A DNA stretch of 64,000 bases from Eledone cirrhosa (lineage: Eukaryota): the NCBI GenBank assembly GCA_964016885.1, contig OZ024746.1:13392001-13456000 (forward strand). The letters run 5' to 3'. The notes below the pieces were generated by a model. It did not search any database. It had not been told where the DNA came from and worked only from the letters and a program-made list of their open reading frames with translations. The translations under genes and the position numbers were made by a program. This document shows, piece by piece, positions 54,480 through 64,000 of the stretch. Each line of letters starts with the position of its first letter. Position 1 is the stretch's first letter.

Positions 54480-55590
54480 TTTAATAATCAATTGAGATAG
54501 AGGACAATGACTGATAAGTGTAGAAGATAATATGAAGCCAGTAGGAGAGGGCTTGAGAAAATATGTTACTGATACCGAAGAGGTGCTTTTGATAGTAATT
54601 CGAGAAGAAAAGATATTAGGTGAAAGGAAAGAAAAAAGTGAAGTCATCAAAACTAGAAAACAACAATATGAGAAGAAAAACTTACATGGAAAGTTTATCC
54701 GAAATATTGAAGAACATCAAGATGAGAAGTCATTCCAGTGGTAAAAAGAGGGGAGGTTTGAAGAGAGGGACAGAAGACTTAATCAGTTGCACAGGATCAA
54801 GCAATGAGAAAAAACAGAGATAAAGAAGACATCTTGGCTGCAAGTAGAATATGTGGTGAAAGAAAAGTCATGGTTTCTGACAAAGTTGCCCGAATGTTGT
54901 TAACAAATTTTACAAGAACTGGAGACATGACAAAGTTGCTCCAATGTTGCCCCCAAAATATTAAAAGAACTGGTGACATGACAAAGTTGCCCCAGTGTTG
55001 CTTAAAAATATTATAAAAACTGAAGACATGACAAAGTTGCCCCAGTGTAGCTCAAAAATATTATAAAAACTGGAAACATGACAAAGTTGCCCCAGTGTTG
55101 CTCAAAAATATTATAAAAACTGGAAACATGACAAAGTTGCCATAATGTTGCTCAAAAATATTATAAAAACTGGAGACATGACAAAGTTGCCACAATGTTA
55201 CATTGGTAAATGAGTAAAACGTTTGAATTTGAGCATACCAGGAAGTGGTACAACCACAGATCATAGCATGTCCTTGAAAACAATCATGTAAAATTACTAT
55301 CGGAAATGAAGAGCATTTACACTTAGCTATTGTTATACTCAATAAATAGGAAAGAGTGTGTTGGCTAACCAATGTTGCTTGTCCATTTGATACTAGAGTG
55401 GCAGACAAAAAATGCAAAAAAAACAGAAAAATACCAAGAAATAAAATATGTAAAACAAAGAATTTGGAATTGTCACAAAATTATCATACCAATTGAAATA
55501 GGAGCCTTAGGAACAATGGCAACAAGTTTGAATAGTTGGGTGAAGATGTTGGATATAGAGGTGAATTTCTTGACTATAGAAAGTTTGTTT
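54480..55590 (+). mobile_element. Decayed R4/Dong-like REL retrotransposon, 3' part
   Basis: Peptides LHGKF..FQW..GGLKRGTEDL, AQDQAM, WRHDKVATMLHW, VACPFDTRV, EKYQEI and IIIPIEIGALG. Confidence 0.75.
54877..55197 (+). repeat. ~50-bp minisatellite, ~6.5 copies, inside the R4-like element
   Basis: Unit ACTGGAGACATGACAAAGTTGCCCCAGTGTTGCTCAAAAATATTATAAAA; period 50 (55021, 55071, 55121, 55171). Confidence 0.95.
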
Positions 55591-55597
55591 GCTTTAA

Positions 55598-55800
55598 CCC
55601 TTTAGTATTTAAACCGGCCATATCTGGCCAGAATTCTCTCATCTTTTTGTGTTCAAATCGGACATAACTGCCCACTCATACTGACATTAAGATATTGTTC
55701 TCAAAATAAATAACATCATCATCAAAATCTCGTAGATTCCATATTATGTGAGATAAAGCCTTTACCATGAAAATATAATAGTAATGTAAATGCTAAAGGG
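55598..55800. mobile_element. TTAA-target MITE (CCCTTTAG..CTAAAGGG); second copy at ~57530-57722 nested in a SINE
   Basis: Terminal inverted repeats; both copies share the internal sequence GGCCAGAATTCTCTC..GTTCAAA..TATTGTTCTCAAAATAAATAA. Confidence 0.75.
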
Positions 55801-55914
55801 TCAACTCAGCAAAAAAACAGGAGAAATGTGCTAGATATATCTAAGACTAAAGGAGACAGCTTGATATCTAACAACCCAAATATCAGCAGAAGAACAATGA
55901 AATGCTAAAGAAAT

Positions 55915-58340
55915 AGAAATGATTTCTAATTTTGAAACAAGGCCAGTAACTTAGGGGAGGGAAAAGTTGATGAAATTAACCCCAGTACTGGATTGGTACT
56001 TTATTTTATTAACCCTGGAAGGTTGAAAGGCAAAGTTGACCTCCACATGATTTGAACTGAGACATAGAAAGTCATAACTAAATACCTAAAAGTATTTTAT
56101 TCAATGCTCTACTGTTACTGCCAATCTACCATGCTGATAAGCTGTATTATAATAAGAGTGTTGTCTGCCTGTCCTGTCAATCACGCTTACTTTATCTAGA
56201 GAGGGGGAGCGCCAAGTGAGAGATACATAGAGAGAGAGAGAAAATGAATGCCATTTGTTTAGAGAGAGAGTGTGTGTGTGACAGAAGAAAGAGAAGACAT
56301 CGCTCTCATCTAGTATATAATAATTGTTTCTACTTTAGGCACAAGACTAGCAATTACCCAGTACATTACTGGTACTTTATTTTATCGACCCTGTAAGGAT
56401 GAAAGGCAAAGTTAACCTCGGCGGGATTTGAACTCAGGCTGTAAAGGGACGTAACTATGCTAGAAAGCATGGCGTCCAACTCTCTACCGATACTGACAAT
56501 TCACCGCCCTCATCTAGTATATAATAATGGTTTCTTATATAGGCACAAGGCCAACAATTTTGGGGGAGGGGAAAATCGATTAAATCGACCCCAGTGCGTA
56601 ACTGGTACTTTATTTATCGACCCCGTAAGGATGAAAGGCAAAATTAATCTCGGCGGGATTTGAACTCAGATCATAAAGAGTCGTAACTCTTTGCTGCAAA
56701 GCAAGGCGTCCGACCCTCTACCGATACTGCCAATCCACTGCTCTTATCTAGTATATAATAATAACAGGGAAATGAGCTGCATCAAAGCATGTCTAATAAA
56801 AGGTGACAACATCCACTCACTGAGTAATAAAAGACATTATGGAAGGGCATCATTATGACATACAAGCCTGGTGAAACCCATCTCTTTTCTGGTTTGTACA
56901 AAACCAATCAATTTTTTCCAGAGAAAGAGAATTGATGCCAATATATGACTGGTACTTTATTTATTGATCCCAAAAGGATGAAACGGAAAACTTTACTACA
57001 GTATGATTCAAACTCAGATCACAGTGAACTGGGATGAATACTGCAAAGTATTCTATCTTATGTTCCAATGGTTCAAATAGAACAGTCGCCACCAACACAA
57101 CTCACACAACATATTCTCTATAAGATTAATACCAAATTAAATAACACAACTGACATTACACATATCATACATAAGCGACAAACACTAAAATAACACAAGA
57201 AACAACAAACTAAAGCCAATAGTAAAACAAGACTAATGCAATATACTAATAGGGGAGTCTATACTCCCATCTACTGACCGCACAATACTGCACACCCCCA
57301 CGGGAACATGGAGATGTATTAGGTGAGGCTGTAGAAACTAGTATGAAACTGTTGAAGAAATAATCATCATCATATTAATAAAAATAATAATTCTTTCTAA
57401 CATTGGCACAAGGCCAGCAATTTGGGGAAAGGGAAAGTGAATTTCATATTGACTCCAGTACTTAACTGCTACTTTATTTTATCAACCTTAGAAGGATAAA
57501 AAAGGCTAAAAGTTAAGCCCAGCAGGATTTAAACCGGTTGTATCCGGCCAGAATTCTCTCACATCTTTCTGTTCAAACTGACCGTAACTTGCCACTCATA
57601 GTGATGTTAAGGTATTGTTCTCAAAATAAATAATATCAAAACCTCATAAATTCGATATTTAGAGTAAAGCCTTTCCTGTGAAAATATAATAGTATATATA
57701 GAGAAATGTAAATGGTAAAGGGTTAATCACAGAATGTAAAGTGCAACTAAATTCTGTAAAACATTTTGTCTGACACCTTTGCTATTTAGACAATTCAAAT
57801 AACAATTTATCATTAAGATTTGAATTAATTAATTAAAATAATTAATTATATGGCTACTGAGTTCTGAATAGACAATCCAGCTGTTTATATATATCCTGCT
57901 GTTTTAGTTTTAATTGTTTTTGTAATATTGTTATTATTACTATTGATATCATTCAGTATAGTACAATAATTGAATCTCAACAGTTTCATTGTTTAAAACC
58001 ATTATATTAAAGAACAAACAAAACAACAACAAAAGAATTACAGTATGTTTCTAACCTTAATGAAATAAGTTTTTAATTTTACACTAAAATAGCAGCATTG
58101 TGTTGAATTATTCATCATTATTAAAATGTAGTTAAGGGTGGTGGATTAGTAGTATTGTTAGTGCATCAGATCAAATGAAATGCATTGCAGTGTTTTATTA
58201 TGACCTGCTATGTTCTGGTTTCAAATCTCATCAAGTTCAACTTTGCCTTTCATCCTTTCCAAGGTTGAAAAACTAAAGTACCAGTGAAATACTGGGTCAT
58301 TATTTTCGACTTTCTCTTCCTTCAAAATTGCTGGATATGA
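55915..58340. mobile_element. Cluster of SINE copies (minus: ~55920-56130, 56322-56510, 56525-56745, 56935-57080, 57390-57530; plus: ~58140-58340)
   Basis: Repeated core ACTGGTACTTTATTTTATCGACCC..AAGGATGAAAGGCAAAGTTAACCTCGGCGGGATTTGAACTCAG, the reverse complement of the SINE at 25.7 kb. Confidence 0.85.
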
Positions 58341-58349
58341 TGGTTAGTT

Positions 58350-59075
58350 GTGATATAAGCGGGCCACTGGCAAATGAATAAGCAACCCAGGACCAACAGC
58401 GCTTAACTATTAGGGGAGATGGAGTAATGGGTGGCACCTGTAGTCCCAAGAAAACTCTCACAACACCATGATGACGAGGCGAGTAAAGGCCGCCTCTAAA
58501 AAAGCCTAGTCTGGGTTTGAGAAAGTACCAGATTGGTGATTGGCGCAAATAAGACCACGAAAACTGCAATATGGTGAAAGATAAGAAAAAGAACCACACT
58601 GCTTCGTCCTTCACACAGGTTAACAAAGGATGCATTCAGGCCTTAGGTAGTGGGGCCTGTTCAAAAAATATATTGCAGTCTCCATTTCATGCCATAAAAA
58701 CTGATGATAGACCTGCGACCTGTCCAGATGGGATGGACGCAGAAAGATTACATATACTGAAACCCCAAAGAAGGTTTGAAAGGGAGCAAACCTTAACAAT
58801 TCGAATCTGGAACATCACAACTCTTACAGGTAAGGAGCAGGAACTAGTGGCGGCTAGATATAATTGGGGTTTCGTCAACAAAGTTTCATGGCTCAGATAC
58901 TGTAGATTTGGACGCAGGATGGAAACTTCACTGTTTAGGTGTAGCACCAGAAATGATTGCACAGGTGGGAGTTGGGATACTCACAAACCCCCGGCTATCA
59001 GAATGTATTATGGACTGGATACCATTAGGAGGGAGGATTTGCCTCATAAACCTTAGGCTGAAAGATAGGTCTCTG
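58350..59075 (+). mobile_element. 5' portion of RTE-like LINE (5'UTR + endonuclease start)
   Basis: Peptides LTIRIWNITTLTGKEQELV and GWKLHCLGVAPEMIAQVGVGILTNP; similar to 7.7-7.97 kb. A further decayed minus-strand 3' remnant lies at ~59330-59650. Confidence 0.7.
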
Positions 59076-59864
59076 TAACACTGACTTGGTCAGTACAACA
59101 GGTCCAACCCTTGCTAGCATAGAAAATGAATGTTAAATGCTGCTGGTGATGAAGATAATGATTTATCAAACTTAACCACAAAATCAAACATATTGGTGTG
59201 AATTTGTGTTGTTCACATGACATGAAAGTAATTTTACCTTTTTAATATAAATGATTTGCTACACAGCACCCTTATAGAATTGAGGCTACAGTGTATCTGA
59301 GAGATTTTGTCTTTGCCCACTTATTTCTGTGAGGATCAAATTGTCCGAGTTCTCAAACATGCCTTCCAGAGGGTCCTATCAGAAGCAACCATCACCAAAT
59401 AATCTGGCTGGATTCCCAAGCAAGACAAACCAAATTTATGGATTTTATCTAACCATTGTGCTTATAGTCTACCTCTGGATCTCCTGTTGGTTGGTTTTGC
59501 CCATAAAAATCTATCCAATGATTCTTTCCTTAGACATTCTAACCATATGTCTGTAGTGTTGGAGCTGTGATTTCTTAATGTGGAGAAGTAGTAGCTCAAC
59601 TTTGAGTGAATTCCTGATCTTTGAGCTATGCATCCTACTAATTGAAGATAGCAAGTTTGGCTTGTATAGTAAATAAATGGTGTTAAATTGAAGCAATTCA
59701 ATGTATTCAAGTGTCAATAAAAAAAAAATGTTTTATTTTGAAAGTCTGTGGCAGTTTAAATCTCATCAGGGGTACTTTGATGTTTCAACCATGTTGGACA
59801 TCATTTTAGGAGATGGTGTGTATCTCACATCTGCTTAATCATTTAGAGGTTACCATCTTGTAGT

Positions 59865-61315
59865 GAACGCCTGATCCTCAACAGAATTGGCCCCTTTGTG
59901 GACAAACACCTCATCCCTGAACAAGCAGGCTTCCACCCTGGCAAGTCAACAACTAGCCAAGTACTCAATCTCACCCAGTACATGAGGAAGGGATAGTAAC
60001 CGGTGTGGTGTTTGTCGACCTCTCAGCTACCTATGACACAGTCAACCACAGACGTCTCCTTAGCAAGATCCTGGAGACCACAAAAGACACCTGTCTGACA
60101 GAGTTGATTGAAAGCATGCTTGAAAACAGGCACGTCTTTCTTCAGCTAAGAGGGAAGAAAAGCAGATGGCAAAGACTCAAGAATGGCCTCCCACAGGAAA
60201 GTGTGCTTGCGCCACTTCTCTTCAACATCTACACCAATGACAAACCAAAAAGTGCAGACACCTGCTGCTTCATCTATGCAGATAATCTTGGCATAGGTGC
60301 ATAAAACATTTATTTCAAAGTTGTGGAAGGTAGACTCTCCAATGTTCTGGAAGAGCTAACACCTTATTATGAAGAGAAACACCTGCGTGCAAATCCATCC
60401 AAGACGCAGGTGTGTACCTTCCACCTTCAAAACCGTGAAGCCAAATGCAAACTGAGGCTTAACTGGTCAGGAACACCCCCTTGAACACTGTGAGCATCCA
60501 GTCTATCTAGGTGTAACCCTGGACAGGTGTCTCTCTTTTAACATCCACGTGCAAAGTGAATGCAAGGAACAACATCATCCACTAGCTCACTGGCACAACC
60601 TGGGGTGCAAACCCACAGGCTCTGAAGTCAACTGCATTAGCTCTCTGCTACTCAGCTGCCGAGTATGCATGCCCAGTATGGGAGTGAGCTGTCCACTTCC
60701 AGAAGCTAGATCCTGCCTTCAATGTTAGCTGCTGCCTTATCACAGGCTGCCTGAAATCTACACCTACGGACTGTTTGCATATCCTGGCAGGCATAACCCT
60801 ACCTGAGATACGATGAAGTGCAGCAAGTAAGAAAGAGCATCAACAACAGACTACAGATCAAAATCATCCTCTCTTTGTCCGTGTATCAGTCAAAAGCCGC
60901 CTTAAATCCAGGAAAAGTTTCCTAATGAGCGTCACACTTCTTGGAACATTAAGCATAAGTAGTGAAAGAGTCACATGCTGCGAAGAAAAACTTAACAACC
61001 TCCCATCTGTAACAACACTAGAGCTAAAGGCGAGTGAGGCACTGCTCCCCCGGAGCAGATACAAACTATGCAGTGTGGAAATGTCTCAACAGATTAAGAT
61101 CTGGTGTTGGTTGTGCAAAATGGGGATAATTAAAAGATGGAGACGTTGTGTGTGACTGCCGCATCGAACTACAGACTATGCAGCACCTCCTGATATGACC
61201 CCTGCTGGAACAACCCTGCTCAGCTTTGGACTTGGCAAAGTTTAATGAGAAAGAACAGCAATGTGTTCAGCTGTGGCAGAACCACATTTAGCCAACACAA
61301 TAAGAAGAGAATAAA
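59865..61315 (+). mobile_element. 5'-truncated Daphne/L2-group LINE, RT pseudogene
   Basis: Peptides LIPEQAGFHPGKST, VFVDLSATYDTVNH, NGLPQESVLAPLLFNIYTND, FIYADNL, ANPSKTQVCTFHL, YLGVTLDR and ALCYSAAEYACPVW; stops and frameshifts. Confidence 0.88.
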
Positions 61316-61769
61316 GATTATTGTATTAAATTGTATAGACTGAAAAATCAAATATGTCACTGCAAGATGTGTTTATTTCTAAATAAAAGAATATGACTAA
61401 AACCACTCAAATATCTATAATCTATTTATATAAAACATAATGTTTGTGTCTCTGCCCCCCCCCCCCCCTCTTTATGGACTTTGAGTTTAATAGAACAGAT
61501 TAGAAGAGAGAAAGTGTGGAAATGGATAGACTGCAATAATGTATATAATGTTCAGATATAGTGATCTTGGTGGCCCACAGAGTATTCAGTTTCTTACAAC
61601 ATAGCTATAATGTTTCAGCAAAGCAAGCTGCTTGTTTGCTAAGCTTATCATCACGATAAGCTGAAACATACATCTAGCATGCACCTCTCAACTATTATCC
61701 TTCCTCTCCCTTCCATACACCTCCCACATCAGATTACACAGCCCTCCTCCCATGCCTTTACACCCCCGC

Positions 61770-62030
61770 GCACACACTGTAAAGAGGTCGTGTAGGTATC
61801 ACGACAAAAAGCACTCAGTCCACACTGTAAAGTGGTCGTGTAGGTGTTACGACAAAAGGCACCCAGTCCACACTGTCAATGTGGTTGGCATTAGGAAGGG
61901 CATCCAGCCGTAGAAACCTACCAGAAACAGTTCTGTATGAGCAAGACACGATCACCTGACCCGACTTGCCTGAAATGGGAACCTGTTTAACCAATGCATG
62001 GAATACAAACGTTAAATCATGATGATGATG
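61770..62030 (+). mobile_element. RTE 3'UTR fragment
   Basis: TTAGGAAGGGCATCCAGCCGTAGAAA ... ACGTTAAA..GATGATGATG, the reverse complement of the 52940-53180 segment. Confidence 0.7.
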
Positions 62031-64000
62031 TATATATATCTATATATAATGTTAAGATTCTTTTCCTACTATATCAAGCGTTAAACTAATATATTTCTAC
62101 CTTGTACTGTGTCGTTTGCTTTGTTATTTCTGTTTACTTTTTGTATATACTCACACACATATATATATATTCACACACACTAGTTAATAAGCTCGCTTCG
62201 CTTGCTCCCATCTAACGTTTGCGACGGGCTTGAAATGTCGTTTTTCTCAGTCTATGATTTAGTAAATAAAATATTTTATTCTATATAAATTGAATTATTA
62301 TTAATATATTACAAAACAGAGTACAGGAGAGAAGAGCAGATTACTATATTCTTATTAACATTTCAATTATGATTATACATTCAATTTATATAAAATATGC
62401 CTGTTCAGTTTATACAAAATACAAGTGAATTATTTTATTTATTAAATTATAAAATATTTTATTCATTCATGTCTGATTCGGTGACAGGTGCTAGTAAGTT
62501 ATTAAGTTGAAGTTAGCGTTAATAAACCCTTATATAAAGACAACACCTCCACGTCTTTCATTACAGTATAAACGTCGTGAATGAAAGCAAAAGGACAAAT
62601 TTACAATTTAGCTTGCAAGGGGATCAACAATCTTCTATATAATTCACATTGAACTTAGTTTTATTGAGGGAAAATATCTTTTGTGAACGTCATCGTTTCT
62701 GAGCAAATGACCCAATTTCGAATTTTATTTGAAACCGCATCTTTAAGTCACAATTTCATACTCTTTAAAAACATACAGTTTTATCTAAGAAATCTTAATG
62801 AAAACGATAATATGGAAATCCTTTCTCGAAGTTATGCAACTGTAACAGTTTAATTTATGTCAGACAAATAAGATAGCCATTTTCTCAGAAGACAATTTAG
62901 GTGATATCATTTTAAGCAGCGAGCTGATCGAAATAGTTGAATGTTGGATTAAAATGTATTGCCAGTTTAGTTTTTTTGTGTCTCTGGGTTTCGATTCTAA
63001 ATTTGGTTTGGGTAAATTTCTTTTCGCAAGTCTGAGATTGATTTAAAATAGGAAAGATTCAATTACCTCTATCTCATTTTACCCTAATGCTAATGCAGAA
63101 AATCAATATTTTAAGAAACGTTTGCGTTAGAAATAAAGACAAAAGTGCTGTTAAAAGTAGGTATTATTTTTTTCGGTAAATGACTCTGTCCCAAATATTA
63201 AGTCATTAGATTCTTCCATATCGTGTGAGAATCATAATGCTAATTATAATCTTTTACGGAACTACTACGACTTCATATAATCGAAATAGATTTGTTGCTT
63301 TAACAAGTAATTTACAATTTCCACAATACAATCCCCATCTTTCCTTGACGAAACAATCAACTGTAGCTAAGTCTAGTAAAATCCAAGCAGTAATCCCAAC
63401 AAATAAATTTCCGTTCTCTCGTCTGAATAGAGGCTTTTCAGAAAATCTGACGTATAAAAAACCACCTTCACTCAACATACCTCGCAAAACCTGAAACCTT
63501 AATTGTTTCCTTTTTTAAAAATTAATTGACATAAGATTGTCTGTGAAACTGAAAGAATTAAATCGTGAAATGTGCAATTTAGCCATTTATACACATGTAT
63601 CCGGTTATATTCACTTCAGTTTTATTTTGAAACATTCTATACAGTGGTAGAGATTTCGTCGTACATCTCCGACCTGTTACTGGCACCATTTCACTTCGTC
63701 TACCACCATAGAATTGTTTCAGAATGTTTTTATTTACTTTTTACAAAAAGAGAAGAATATTGTGTATGTATAAGCAGTAACTTCCAGATTCCTTTAGCAA
63801 TTTAGAAATATAGGAAGAAAAAGTTATTTTGATAATCTTGAAATTTTGTTGACAAAACACAAAAAGCACCAATCTCATTTACGAAAAAGTACTTATTTCA
63901 GACAAAATAAAATTTCCCTAGTTTATTTGCGAAAAAAAAAGGACTTTCTTTTAATCACTCAAGTAGATAAATCGTCTCGTTGTTCTCTATTTATTTGGAT

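Noticed and set aside
58360-58720. Self-cleaving ribozyme at the RTE 5' end
   Set aside because: Known for some RTEs, but I could not build an HDV or hammerhead fold by eye.
61410-62240. Helitron-like ends (TCTAT.. starts, short hairpins at 61610-61670, GCGAAGC..CTAG on minus at ~62180)
   Set aside because: The termini are not mutually consistent and there is no second copy to define an element.

Overview
AT-rich, intron-rich eukaryotic DNA. The SINE/LINE content suggests a coleoid cephalopod such as Octopus (inference). The ORF track is mostly noise. Manual splicing shows the first 50 kb is a cluster of three paralogous hnRNP A/B (A1/A2-like) genes, each RRM1-RRM2 plus a Gly-rich low-complexity domain (LCD). 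Gene 1 is on + (CDS 1203-11020, ~614 aa, with a 765-nt poly-Gly exon). Gene 2 is on - (34481/32290 to 25141, ~336 aa, no PY-NLS exon, GPM repeats). Gene 3 is on - (49606 to 39877, ~350 aa). All three share RRM intron positions, build the LCD from symmetric phase-1 exons, end in RR-stop and have an intron 24-30 nt after the stop. Genes 1 and 2 have further candidate 3'UTR exons and a conserved non-coding block at the 3'UTR acceptor. Between their converging ends is an orphan promoter-like module with a 60-nt hairpin. The rest is degenerate mobile DNA: CRE-, R4/NeSL-, RTE- and Daphne/L2-like LINEs, a mariner, TTAA MITEs, tRNA-derived SINEs and minisatellites. All exon models come from splice signals and reading frame only and need RNA-seq confirmation.
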